Virus record (IMG/VR): IMGVR_UViG_3300017963_002532
Span: 64,001-126,580 of that record
Length of the DNA stretch: 62,580 nt
Origin: a virus
Taxonomy: Duplodnaviria; Heunggongvirae; Uroviricota; Caudoviricetes
Reading direction: 5' to 3' (one strand)
Shown: positions 35,545-44,830 of the stretch, in pieces
How positions within the stretch are numbered: position 1 is the first letter of the stretch
Layout: every line of letters begins with the position of its first letter
The notes under the pieces: model-generated
Told to the model about the DNA's origin: nothing
What the model saw: the letters and a program-made list of their open reading frames with translations, nothing else
Databases searched by the model: none
Program-made: the position numbers and the translations under genes

Positions 35545-38500
35545 GACTTTACCTTAGAAATTTGCTGAATTTTCCAGGCTTTGACACCATCATTGTAGAA
35601 GCACCATAGCCGAACGATGCTATTTGGGACGAGTAGTTCTCCATACTTCGAGTACGTCTTCGGGAAGACGACCACGTCCTTCAAACCATAGGATCGATCG
35701 CTGACAGACAAGAACGCCATCGGCTTCCTGTCCTTCTTCGTGTGAACGACGCGAACATCATCAATCTGGACACAAAGCTGGAATCGTTCGTCGTTCTCCA
35801 TCGATAAAGTATCAAGACAGTTGTGCCCCGTGTTGGGTAGCGACGTGAAGATATCTTCAAAATTGCCGCTCAGGGGACAGCCAAGATACTTGTGTTCGTT
35901 CTGAAGATTCCACTCCTTGTCGTCACTGAACACCGACTCCTGGTACAGTTTCTCATACAGGACTCTTAGCTTAGCTCGACGATTCTTGTTGGGCACGAAC
36001 TCCTTCTTACTCTTACGGTCATCTACCGTATCCTCGTCGCCCATCGCTTCGATCAGCGGGACGAGCCCGTCAGTAGCGATATTGGCAAAGGCGTGCTCGC
36101 GCTCACGCTTCGGCAAGTCCTGAATGGTCTCGTATTCGAGTTCCATCTGCTTACGCGGCATACCGAACACGTCACACGCTCCACTACGAATCAAGCCCTC
36201 CATGACGCGACGGTTGACCCTGTGCTCATTCGCCAGTCGAACGAAGTGATAGAAGTCAGTCGCAGCACTGCACTTCTGGACCGTGCGCAGCCCGCCGATG
36301 CCCACGCCGTGGATGTGAGATAGACCGAACGCGATAGAACTCTCGCTCGTGATCTCGAAGTCCATGTTGCATACTGTCACCGACGGTGGAGTTACCCGAA
36401 TACCCGCGATCTTGGCGTCATTGATAAGTTCCTTGATGCGCTCTAAGGACTTCTGCTTATCGCCCAGGTTGGCGCACTTGATCATGTTGGCGCAGTAGAA
36501 CTCCGCCGGATAGTTCGCCTTCAAGAAGGCGTTCTTGTAAGAAAGAAGAGAATACGCCACCGAGTGAGACTTGTTGAATCCGTAGCCCGCGCCCTCTTTG
36601 ATGTAGTTCCAAAGCTGCTCAGCGATATCTTCGTAGCCGTTCTGCTTGGCTAGCTCGATGAAGCGAGCCTCCTGCTTGGCAAGTAGCTCCGGCTTCTTCT
36701 TGCCGATCGCCTTACGCACGATATCCGCCTCGCTCAACGTCATACCAACCATCGCGCACATCTGTAGCGCCTGCTCTTGATAGACGTAGACCGAGTGGGT
36801 CGGTCCAAGGACCGGCTTCAGGTCGTCGTGGATATATGCCTCTTCCTCTTCGCCGTGCTTGATCCGGGCGTAGCGCCTCGTCATCCCAGCGTCGAGGCAC
36901 GCCGGACGGATCAGGGCGGCGATGGCAGAGATCTCTTCAACGTTCGTGGGCGCAATAGACTTACACCAAGTCCTACCCAGGTTAGAACGCATCTGGAAGA
37001 TACCCTCTGTCCGACCATCGGCGAGCATCTGAAATGCTCTCTTGTTACCCTGTGGGAATCCCTCGAAGTCAATATCGACACCGTGGCGTTCCTTCACAAG
37101 ACCCAGGGCGTGGTGGATGATATCCAACTCGTTGAGCCCAAGGATATCCAGCTTGAGATAGCCGAGTTCATCAACCTCTTCCATCGACCAGCCGCAGATC
37201 AGCTTCTTGCCGCTCTTGTCTCGCACGAGCGGTAGGTTGCCGGTATCAAACGATACGTCGTTGATGATAACGGCGGCAGCGTGGACACCATAGCCGCGAT
37301 ACTTCCCCTCCAGCTTACGAGCGATCTCGAACACCTTGGGATACAGCTTCTCTGCTGCTGCAAGCTGAGGGTTGATATCGAACGCTTCCTTTAGGGAGAT
37401 ATCCGTGGCGTGGTCGTCGTTCTTCGGCGGGATCAATCCTGTCACACGGTTCGCCTCGTCAAACGGGACGCCCTGTGTGCGCATTACATCCTTCAGCACG
37501 GAGCGGGCAGTCATGCGACCGAAGGTAATCAACTGAGACACGCGGTCATCACCGAATCGTTCAGCGATGTATTGGATCACGTCTTCCCGATATTCCTTGG
37601 CAACATCAATATCCACATCCGGGAATGAATGAGAACGACCAACGTTGTAGAACCGCTCCCACACCAAGCCCCACTCGATGGGATCGAGATCCTTACCAGT
37701 CACGCCGAGTAGATAGAGGGTGAGCGAACCACCCGCTGATCCACGACCAGAACCGAACGGAATGCCACGAGCCTTACCCCACGACACCACGTCGTGGACA
37801 AGGAGGAAGTATTCCGCCATACCCGCTTGTTCAATGTCGGCGAGTTCTTTCTTCATGCGTGCCGCATACTCATCCTTATTAGGGCGGCTGCTGATATCAA
37901 ACTTCTTCCAACCCTCCAGAGCGAGTTGACGTAGCTGCTCAATAGGAGTATCGTTCGAGTCGTTGCTGATAGTCGGTAGGTGACGTCCACCGACACCGAC
38001 CTCGAACTCCTCGATACGCTCAGCGATACGTTGGGTCTCGTCGATCTCCTGGGGTGTGCAGTCAAACTGGAGGCACTCTTCGCTGGTCTTAAGGTATAGT
38101 TCACCGGCGTAGTCAGAGTAGCTCTCCTTAACCTCGTTGATGTGACGCGCAGTCATAATACCGATCAGGTGTAGGTGAGCCTCGTGATCCTCCTTTTTGG
38201 AGAAGTGGGCGTCCATTGTATATACGGTCGGACGACCGTACAACTTCGCCATCTTACGCATGAACGCGTTGATCTTCGCCTGATCGCAGTCAAGATCCCG
38301 GCATCCGATATCCTGGACCTCGAAGTAGAGGTTGTCGCCAAACTCTTTGACCATTAGACCAGCACGCTGAGTAGCTAGAGATTCATCACCCTCGCGGAAC
38401 GGCTTGCTGACCAGCCCTTTGGGGCATCCACTCAGAATGATCAAGCCCTCTTTGTTTGCTACCAGAGATCCCCAATCAATCCGTGGCTCGTAATGGAAGA

Positions 38501-38861
38501 ACTCAGGGGAGTTGGAGATGGAGACCAGCCGCATCATATTGTGCCAGCCCGTCTCGTTCTGCGCCAGCACAGTGATATGGAATGACTTGCCGCGCCCGAA
38601 CCCCTGGTCTTTCTGAGTCTTGGCGTCCGGGATGAGATAGAACTCGCATCCCAGGATAGGCTTCACGCCCTCTTTCTTGCACGCCTTCCAGAAGGCGATA
38701 TGGGCTGCAACGTTACCGTGGTCCGTGACCGCGATAGCTCCCGCACCTGTCTTCTTTGCGAACTTCGCCAGATCGTCAGGAGTATTTAGTCCATCAATCG
38801 AGTGCATGGTGCTGGCGCTCGTATGACAGTGAAGGTGTACGATTGGTTTAGATGTGTTCAT
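35532..38861 (-). CDS. dnaE: DNA polymerase III alpha subunit (family C)
   Basis: PHP HLHCHT and TDHG, GRGSAGGS, PDVDID, GVHAAAV, KLDILGL, GFNKSHS, C-terminal OB fold; likely start ATG 38861; no intein seen. Confidence 0.95.
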   Translation of the reverse strand: MNTSKPIVHLHCHTSASTMHSIDGLNTPDDLAKFAKKTGAGAIAVTDHGNVAAHIAFWKACKKEGVKPILGCEFYLIPDAKTQKDQGFGRGKSFHITVLAQNETGWHNMMRLVSISNSPEFFHYEPRIDWGSLVANKEGLIILSGCPKGLVSKPFREGDESLATQRAGLMVKEFGDNLYFEVQDIGCRDLDCDQAKINAFMRKMAKLYGRPTVYTMDAHFSKKEDHEAHLHLIGIMTARHINEVKESYSDYAGELYLKTSEECLQFDCTPQEIDETQRIAERIEEFEVGVGGRHLPTISNDSNDTPIEQLRQLALEGWKKFDISSRPNKDEYAARMKKELADIEQAGMAEYFLLVHDVVSWGKARGIPFGSGRGSAGGSLTLYLLGVTGKDLDPIEWGLVWERFYNVGRSHSFPDVDIDVAKEYREDVIQYIAERFGDDRVSQLITFGRMTARSVLKDVMRTQGVPFDEANRVTGLIPPKNDDHATDISLKEAFDINPQLAAAEKLYPKVFEIARKLEGKYRGYGVHAAAVIINDVSFDTGNLPLVRDKSGKKLICGWSMEEVDELGYLKLDILGLNELDIIHHALGLVKERHGVDIDFEGFPQGNKRAFQMLADGRTEGIFQMRSNLGRTWCKSIAPTNVEEISAIAALIRPACLDAGMTRRYARIKHGEEEEAYIHDDLKPVLGPTHSVYVYQEQALQMCAMVGMTLSEADIVRKAIGKKKPELLAKQEARFIELAKQNGYEDIAEQLWNYIKEGAGYGFNKSHSVAYSLLSYKNAFLKANYPAEFYCANMIKCANLGDKQKSLERIKELINDAKIAGIRVTPPSVTVCNMDFEITSESSIAFGLSHIHGVGIGGLRTVQKCSAATDFYHFVRLANEHRVNRRVMEGLIRSGACDVFGMPRKQMELEYETIQDLPKREREHAFANIATDGLVPLIEAMGDEDTVDDRKSKKEFVPNKNRRAKLRVLYEKLYQESVFSDDKEWNLQNEHKYLGCPLSGNFEDIFTSLPNTGHNCLDTLSMENDERFQLCVQIDDVRVVHTKKDRKPMAFLSVSDRSYGLKDVVVFPKTYSKYGELLVPNSIVRLWCFYNDGVKAWKIQQISKVKSESF

Positions 38862-38874
38862 TTCTATCTTCCAG

Positions 38875-39312
38875 CTATTTGTCGTCTGACTTCTTTGCAA
38901 TCTCATCCACGTTGACGCGATCCTTCGCTACGTCGGGTAGCTTGTCGAGATCTTGCTTGGAGACGTGATCGCCGCGCCTCTTGGTCGGCTTGAAGTCCTT
39001 AGTCCGACCCTTCTTCATGTCTTCCTTGTTCAACTTGTCATCGCGCTCTTTGATCGCCTTCTCTCGCATGGCGCGGACACGCTGGGCGTTGACCTTGTGG
39101 TAATCAGGATCTTCAGGGTCCATCCAACCCATCTGCTTCCAGAGGTCTTCCATACGCTTCCCGGTCTTGATGTTCGGAGCAGAATCACCCGTCCACGTAC
39201 GACGGAACTCTCCCTGACACTGAGGACACTCTATCACGGGTTGATAGTCATCCATCTTCATGAAGACCTCGGCTGCGTATCCACATTCACACGCAAAGTT
39301 GTAAGTAGGCAT
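38875..39312 (-). CDS. FmdB-type zinc-ribbon protein
   Basis: MPTYNFACECG..CPQC; start ATG 39312 with GGAG RBS. Confidence 0.7.
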   Translation of the reverse strand: MPTYNFACECGYAAEVFMKMDDYQPVIECPQCQGEFRRTWTGDSAPNIKTGKRMEDLWKQMGWMDPEDPDYHKVNAQRVRAMREKAIKERDDKLNKEDMKKGRTKDFKPTKRRGDHVSKQDLDKLPDVAKDRVNVDEIAKKSDDK

Positions 39313-39320
39313 TACTCCCC

Positions 39321-39530
39321 CTATCCTGAATGCACTACGTGGTAGGTACCACAGATAGTACATTTGGCGCTTGTTTCCCACGGCGCAGTAATGAGCACAT
39401 GGAAAGATATAGATCCACACTCACACTTGAGACCGACGTGTTCCACATAGTCGCCGGTCACCCTACCGTTGTCGGTTTCTACGCCACCATCATGATACTT
39501 TTCTTCTAATTCATAGCGAATCTTTGCCAT
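39321..39530 (-). CDS. Small zinc-finger protein
   Basis: CECG..CTIC; GGGGAG RBS. Confidence 0.5.
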   Translation of the reverse strand: MAKIRYELEEKYHDGGVETDNGRVTGDYVEHVGLKCECGSISFHVLITAPWETSAKCTICGTYHVVHSG

Positions 39531-39538
39531 ATCTCCCC

Positions 39539-39955
39539 CTAAATCCAAATGATGACAACCGGCTTACATGCCTGTCGTGCATAGTTTACAGTACTCTCGG
39601 TACCTTTTGACTTTCCGTCCCAAAACGCAACGATGAAATCAGAGGCAGCCACAATCTCCCGGTTACGAGCATGCGCCGCAGCAGCAAACCCCCGGTCTTC
39701 AATGATGCGTTGCTCCGGCTCGTATATCCACGGCTCGTCATGATAAAACTTAGCAGCAAATTGTTCAGCCAGGGTATCCGTACCCGCAGCTCCGCCACTC
39801 ACTACCACTACGTCACGGACCTTGTCATCAGGCTCTAGCGGAACAAAGCGTAGAATCTGCTCAAAGAAATAACGCTTATCCGTGAAGTCTCTACCACCCA
39901 CGATACCAATATAAGTCTTACCCGATTGCCTTTCGGAACTTCTCCCATTGATCAT
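39539..39955 (-). CDS. SLOG-superfamily protein (YspA/DUF2493-like)
   Basis: IVGGRDF, VSGGAAGTD, RNREIV, VAFWDGKSKGT; start position uncertain. Confidence 0.8.
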   Translation of the reverse strand: MINGRSSERQSGKTYIGIVGGRDFTDKRYFFEQILRFVPLEPDDKVRDVVVVSGGAAGTDTLAEQFAAKFYHDEPWIYEPEQRIIEDRGFAAAAHARNREIVAASDFIVAFWDGKSKGTESTVNYARQACKPVVIIWI

Positions 39956-40838
39956 CGCAAATATCCTCCTTGCATAAGAATTTACAGATCTTCGGCAGAT
40001 CTGCCTGACCGTCTCGGATTCGTTCTGCCGCGACCTCAAACTCCTCATGGAATCGTGCAATCTCATCCCACGTCTTGCTGAGGTTGTAACGAATCTTGGC
40101 GATCTCCGCTGGCGTATACCACACGGTAATCGGACGGTTCATAAAGAAATGGAACGTCAGAATGGTCGGCGTATCTGGATATAGGTGGTCGAGTGCCACG
40201 GCATACATCTGCGCCTGGATATCTTCCTTGATCGCCTGCTCGTTCTGTGACGGCTCCCACTTACGACCGGTCTTGTAGTCGATCATGTGGATGACGCCAT
40301 CGTCCTTGTAAGCGAAATCGATATACCCGCGCATGTGCTTGCCCGGCTCGAACTCAATCCGGAAGTCTAGCTCCACGCCGACGATCTCTTTGTCGTAGAC
40401 GTCGCCATGACTGGCAAGGAACTTCTCCATGAGGCGCACAGACGCGCCGTATAGGAGACGACCACAGCCGGACAGCTTCTCTACTTCCACCCCCTCGATC
40501 GCACAGATCCCGTCCATGTAGTGCTCGCACCCAGCGGTGAGACACTTGTGCAGCGGGCGTGGCTTCGTATAGTCGCCCGGCTTTGCCTGTTGAAGCAACC
40601 TCTTGTTATACCTCTTGTCTACCAGGAGATACTCGGCAAGTAGGTTCTTCTTCCAGTCGCGGTCGCCGTTGGCGTATGCCTCAAGAACGTTGTGGATAGC
40701 CGTGCCATGACAAGCGCCCCAATTCGTGCCAAGATCCACCCGGGGGTCTAGCACGTAGTTCATGAAGTACTTGAATAGGCACATCTTGAACGTCTTGATG
40801 CGACTGGCAGACAGGCTCGTTAGTCCCTTAGTCTCCAC
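39918..40838 (-). CDS. PD-(D/E)XK exonuclease, Cas4/AddB-like
   Basis: LSASRI..C, GTAIH, RGYID, IDYKTG, QAQMY, C-terminal CKFLC..C. Confidence 0.85.
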   Translation of the reverse strand: METKGLTSLSASRIKTFKMCLFKYFMNYVLDPRVDLGTNWGACHGTAIHNVLEAYANGDRDWKKNLLAEYLLVDKRYNKRLLQQAKPGDYTKPRPLHKCLTAGCEHYMDGICAIEGVEVEKLSGCGRLLYGASVRLMEKFLASHGDVYDKEIVGVELDFRIEFEPGKHMRGYIDFAYKDDGVIHMIDYKTGRKWEPSQNEQAIKEDIQAQMYAVALDHLYPDTPTILTFHFFMNRPITVWYTPAEIAKIRYNLSKTWDEIARFHEEFEVAAERIRDGQADLPKICKFLCKEDICDDQWEKFRKAIG

Positions 40839-41442
40839 GTGTCAGCCTTTCCGCGATCACGGCGGCAATCTTCTTTGCCTCATTGGCGAGATCTTCTTCT
40901 GTGCCGGAATTATCTACGATGAAGTCGTCATCCTCGAAATCGTCAAGTGCTCGCTCAGAGATGTGTCCATCTCCATCGAACCCCGGTCGCTCAACCTTGA
41001 TAATAAAAGAGTGGTGCTGGAGCAATTGGTCTGCTTCGTTCGGAAAGCGTAGGTCAGTGATAAAGCAGAGTGCATTATCGTGCTCACGCTCAACCTCGGT
41101 AAACGGCGCTCTCGCCCAGCAGTCGTTATCCATCTCGCGGCAGACTTCGCTACCAAAGTATTGTAGTAGCTCTCTACCGGTAAGAGGCTTTTCCTCGTCA
41201 AACATATGTCTACCCGGCAGCGGATACACGTGCGTCACAAACGGCTTAAACTCGTCAGAGAACACAAACTCTGGATCAAACCCGAAGATCTGCGCGACCG
41301 CCAAGCGTAGATTCTTAGCAAATGACGTGCGCACAATAGACCTACTAATGAGGTGGATTACCAACTCGGACACTAGATAGTTCGTGAACGTATCTTTGCC
41401 CGAGCGTTTCGCGCCACGAACGCCGATGTATGCGTTACCCAT
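40828..41442 (-). CDS. Deoxynucleoside monophosphate kinase (phage type)
   Basis: GAKRSGKDT, GRELLQYFGSE, ITDLRFPNE, HISE; start ATG 41442. Confidence 0.85.
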   Translation of the reverse strand: MGNAYIGVRGAKRSGKDTFTNYLVSELVIHLISRSIVRTSFAKNLRLAVAQIFGFDPEFVFSDEFKPFVTHVYPLPGRHMFDEEKPLTGRELLQYFGSEVCREMDNDCWARAPFTEVEREHDNALCFITDLRFPNEADQLLQHHSFIIKVERPGFDGDGHISERALDDFEDDDFIVDNSGTEEDLANEAKKIAAVIAERLTRGD

Positions 41443-41974
41443 CAATCTCATACCTTTCGTCCAGTGGACGCCAACCCTTCGGCTTCCACTCCCCGCGCTG
41501 GAGGCGCTTGAGGTTCTCAACGACCTCCTCGATATTCTCGTGCATCATCTCGTGTCCGATGCGACCGACAATCCATGCCGGGCACTTGTCCTGCCACTCG
41601 TTCATAGCCAGAAAGACGGGCTTACGCTGCAAGCACGCCATAAATACCTCGTCCCAGGTGCCGCAAGTCTGCACGCCATGAAATAGGTGTCCAACAAGAA
41701 TATCGCACAGATCAACGTAGCGAAGGTCGTGCTGGACGATCTTTTTAGCCAACGCCTGGAACCCATCCCAATCGCGTTCGCCGCGAAGGCGGTCAAGTTC
41801 CTGGTATTCGCCCTCCGGCTGACGCTCTACCGGATCAACGATGTTCTTCTTCTGGAATCCCAGGTCCAACAGCATCGGCTTCAGGCGATTCCGCCAATGA
41901 GCCTGCTTGTCCCTCATCGACTCCATCGGTCCCGGTAGATACACTCTCGTGTCTGCGAAGTTGTACAAAGTCAT
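41435..41974 (-). CDS. Nucleoside 2'-deoxyribosyltransferase/N-glycosidase-like protein
   Basis: VYLPGPM, DLRYVDLCDILV, GTWDE, KPV. Confidence 0.75.
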   Translation of the reverse strand: MTLYNFADTRVYLPGPMESMRDKQAHWRNRLKPMLLDLGFQKKNIVDPVERQPEGEYQELDRLRGERDWDGFQALAKKIVQHDLRYVDLCDILVGHLFHGVQTCGTWDEVFMACLQRKPVFLAMNEWQDKCPAWIVGRIGHEMMHENIEEVVENLKRLQRGEWKPKGWRPLDERYEIDG

Positions 41975-43001
41975 GTAATATCTCCTCGATCTCGTTTGGT
42001 TTCAAGTCTCCTGGGTCTTTGCCTGCTGGTAATCTGATCGTTCTCACTGATAGTAGGTCGTTTTGTTTGAATCTGTCTTGCATCCCCTTGATGGTTTTCT
42101 CTCCAGCCGCGTCCGCGTCGAATAGGGGGATGATTATCCGCGCTCCCATCTTACGAATCATCATCTCCTGCTGACGACTCAACTGTGTGCCAAGCACCGC
42201 GCATACATTATGGATGCCCGCGTCCTGAAGACGTAGCACGTCGATCGGTCCCTCGACCAAGATGATCGTTCCGCCCGGCGTGAAGTTCTTCGCCTGATGA
42301 CAATTATATAGGATCGACTTCTTCGCAAGGCTGTAGTGACGGTGTAACCCACCGCTATGTAACCACTTAGAGACGCCACGCTTCTTCCGCTCGTCGGCGT
42401 CGTCCAGCGTTGTGCGCCCCGTGAACCCTACGATCTCGCCGTCAAGATCACGAATGGGGAAAATAATCCTCCCTCTCATAAAGGAAGAAGAATCCCGCCC
42501 GCCGTAGTAGCCCACGCTATTGAACCGTAGCACAGACGGACTGAACCCGCGCTCCTGCATGTATTGGTGGTCTAAGTCTAACTCCTGTAGGCACGCTGGG
42601 TCGATAGTCTCTAGTCTCTCTGGTCTTGCTTTGTTTAAGAGATCCTTCAAAGACTTCTGGCGACTAACCTCCTTGAGATTCTTTAGCTCCTCGTCACCCG
42701 CCAATGCGCGAGCGATGATGTTGCACGCCTCCTGCATCCCACAGCCGGTGAACGCCCGAATGAACCCGATGGCGTCTCGACCGAACTCTTCATGACAACC
42801 GTGGCTCCAGCACGCCCACGTGTGTTTATCACGCGACCATGAGAACGCCTTGTCATTCGTCCGATCCCCCGGGTGGCTCGGCATCGGGCACGGTCCCGCC
42901 ATCCCCTGATGCGTCTCCTCCAGGTCCGGTATCTCCAGCGCCCGGAGGATCTTGGGTAGGTGCTTGCTGCCCAGGTCCGTTAGTTGTTCCCTGCTGACCA
43001 T
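41835..43001 (-). CDS. dnaG: DnaG-type primase
   Basis: Zn-binding CPMPSH..CWSHGC, GRIIFPI..IVGFTGR, KWLHS, Toprim VEGPIDV, FDADAAG, KDPGD; likely start ATG 43001 with GGAGG. Confidence 0.88.
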   Translation of the reverse strand: MVSREQLTDLGSKHLPKILRALEIPDLEETHQGMAGPCPMPSHPGDRTNDKAFSWSRDKHTWACWSHGCHEEFGRDAIGFIRAFTGCGMQEACNIIARALAGDEELKNLKEVSRQKSLKDLLNKARPERLETIDPACLQELDLDHQYMQERGFSPSVLRFNSVGYYGGRDSSSFMRGRIIFPIRDLDGEIVGFTGRTTLDDADERKKRGVSKWLHSGGLHRHYSLAKKSILYNCHQAKNFTPGGTIILVEGPIDVLRLQDAGIHNVCAVLGTQLSRQQEMMIRKMGARIIIPLFDADAAGEKTIKGMQDRFKQNDLLSVRTIRLPAGKDPGDLKPNEIEEILHDFVQLRRHESVSTGTDGVDEGQAGSLAESPEADAVGPGIPEEEHR

Positions 43002-44424
43002 TCTGGATTCTGCCTCCAACACCTAATTCTTGGATTCTGCCACGCTCTGCGTTGAACTCATAGTTGACGTATGTGCCCTCGCGCAGACCGCCGCGTCTTG
43101 ATTTACTTAGAATGAATTTGTAGTTGCCCTGTGGGTCTTCACGAAAATCCTCGATGTTCTTTCTCACCATGATCGTCACCGAGGTCGCCGTGTTCTTCAG
43201 GCGCTTCGCGCCCTCAACCTCTCCACCGGCATTCGTCTGACCCAGGGCAAGGACCGGGATATTCATATCGTGTGCGAAGTCGTGTAGCTTGCTCATCTCC
43301 ACGCCGAGATACTGAAACTCCTGAAGGTTGACCGCAGCCAACTCCCCCGGGTCCTGTAGTTTGATCTGGTCCACTACAAGGAAGCATTGCGGCTCACGAG
43401 AGTTCGGGTCACGATCCTTCACAGACGTCATAATCAGACGACGAACATGCTTGAGCGACTGAGACAGTGGTGTTCCGCGAATGTCCAGGTAGATGAAGTT
43501 CTTACCATAGACCTTATAGAACAACTTCCAGTTTGCCTCGTTCTCGTAGATCGCCTTGCACCGCATGACGTCATCGATCAGCGGTCCATCCATCCCCATG
43601 TTGGCGAGGGCGGCACGACTCTTACTCCACCACCCATAGTCGATGTAGTCGTATGGGATGTCGTGGACAATACAGAACCCACGCACGGTAGCGATCTCGG
43701 CGTCCATTTCTGTATCAAGATAGATCACCGGCATCTTTCGCGCAGCCTTCATCGCGGCACGTAAACCAATCTGGCTCTTCCCTGTGCCGGTGTAGCCTAC
43801 GAAGAAGTGGACGCTGCGATTGCGCAACTGCCCGACCGCCTTCTGCCAGATCGGGAAGCCGACATCCACGCCAGTCAGGGGATTAACCGCCAACTCTTCA
43901 ATGACTTCTTTCGTCTTCATGAAGATGCGTTCACCCATCTGCCGCGTATTCGTTGTCGCCTCACCCAGCCGAACTACAGTGCCCTCGACCTTCTCGATTA
44001 CTTCTTCTACGTCGTCCTTGGTTGTATTCACATAGGAATACAGGCGACGGAACTCGTCAATCGCCGTACGCTTGTATGATTCACCCTTAACGATACGTAG
44101 CCACTTGAGGATATCCTCGTGCTTCGCGTCGTAGTAGATAATCTGGTCAACAGACAAGCCACCATCTGTGACCTCGATGAACTTCTGCTCGTCAATACCT
44201 AACTCGTCTACGGCTGCAAACACGTGCTCGCGGTCGATCGAGTCGATATCCTTTTCATATAGGTGATGAAAGATCCTGAACATCATACTGTGAAGGGGAT
44301 CGGTAAAATCCTCCTCGCCCAGCAGGTTCTCGATCAAAGAGTACTCGGCTGGCTGATTATACAAGATCGCCAGGAGCATCATCTCCGCCACAGGATTCGT
44401 GTGACGGTTATCACTCTTCGTCAT
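42853..44424 (-). CDS. dnaB: DnaB-like replicative helicase (divergent)
   Basis: N-terminal AEMMLLAIL..EEDF, Walker A GYTGTGKS, LDTEM, VVDQIKL, GQTN, KSRRG. Confidence 0.82.
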   Translation of the reverse strand: MTKSDNRHTNPVAEMMLLAILYNQPAEYSLIENLLGEEDFTDPLHSMMFRIFHHLYEKDIDSIDREHVFAAVDELGIDEQKFIEVTDGGLSVDQIIYYDAKHEDILKWLRIVKGESYKRTAIDEFRRLYSYVNTTKDDVEEVIEKVEGTVVRLGEATTNTRQMGERIFMKTKEVIEELAVNPLTGVDVGFPIWQKAVGQLRNRSVHFFVGYTGTGKSQIGLRAAMKAARKMPVIYLDTEMDAEIATVRGFCIVHDIPYDYIDYGWWSKSRAALANMGMDGPLIDDVMRCKAIYENEANWKLFYKVYGKNFIYLDIRGTPLSQSLKHVRRLIMTSVKDRDPNSREPQCFLVVDQIKLQDPGELAAVNLQEFQYLGVEMSKLHDFAHDMNIPVLALGQTNAGGEVEGAKRLKNTATSVTIMVRKNIEDFREDPQGNYKFILSKSRRGGLREGTYVNYEFNAERGRIQELGVGGRIQNGQQGTTNGPGQQAPTQDPPGAGDTGPGGDASGDGGTVPDAEPPGGSDE

Positions 44425-44830
44425 TGAGTAGCCCCACAATATCTACCGAGTCTACGTCGGTATCTTTTACACACATCAACTTGATGTTGTTGATCTCACA
44501 CCAGCGCCGCTTTCTGGAGTCATTCATCTTCTGCTTGCGAAACCCAGCCTGCGTGCCGTGATAGTGTTTAACGAACTTGGAATGCTGCGCACCCTGAACC
44601 TCAAAAGCAAAACCCTCATCAGGTAGCCAGAAATCCAGTGCTAACGCACCCGTGTTCGGCAGTCCAAACTCCTCCAGGATCTTGCTGTGAGGAAAGATTT
44701 CCTTGAGCCGCTGACCAAACCGAAACTGCGCGTTAGATTTACATTCCTCTTTACTCTTGAGTCTGTACTTGGACGGCAGGAGATCCATCTTCGTCTCCGT
44801 CCCGTCCAGGTTCTTGAACGTAGTTCCCAT
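44411..44830 (-). CDS. Vsr/DUF559-like endonuclease
   Basis: LDFWLP..AFEVQGAQH..F..ND..K..WC..NNIKL. Confidence 0.7.
   Translation of the reverse strand: MGTTFKNLDGTETKMDLLPSKYRLKSKEECKSNAQFRFGQRLKEIFPHSKILEEFGLPNTGALALDFWLPDEGFAFEVQGAQHSKFVKHYHGTQAGFRKQKMNDSRKRRWCEINNIKLMCVKDTDVDSVDIVGLLNDEE

Noticed and set aside
35532-38861. Inteins or introns in dnaE, dnaB, recA or nrdJ
   Set aside because: Lengths are normal and no C/S...HN splice junctions or LAGLIDADG blocks were seen; both HNH genes sit between genes rather than inside one
39918-40838. Cas4-like gene as part of a CRISPR-Cas system
   Set aside because: No cas1, cas2, effector genes or array; solo Cas4-like exonucleases are common in phage replication modules
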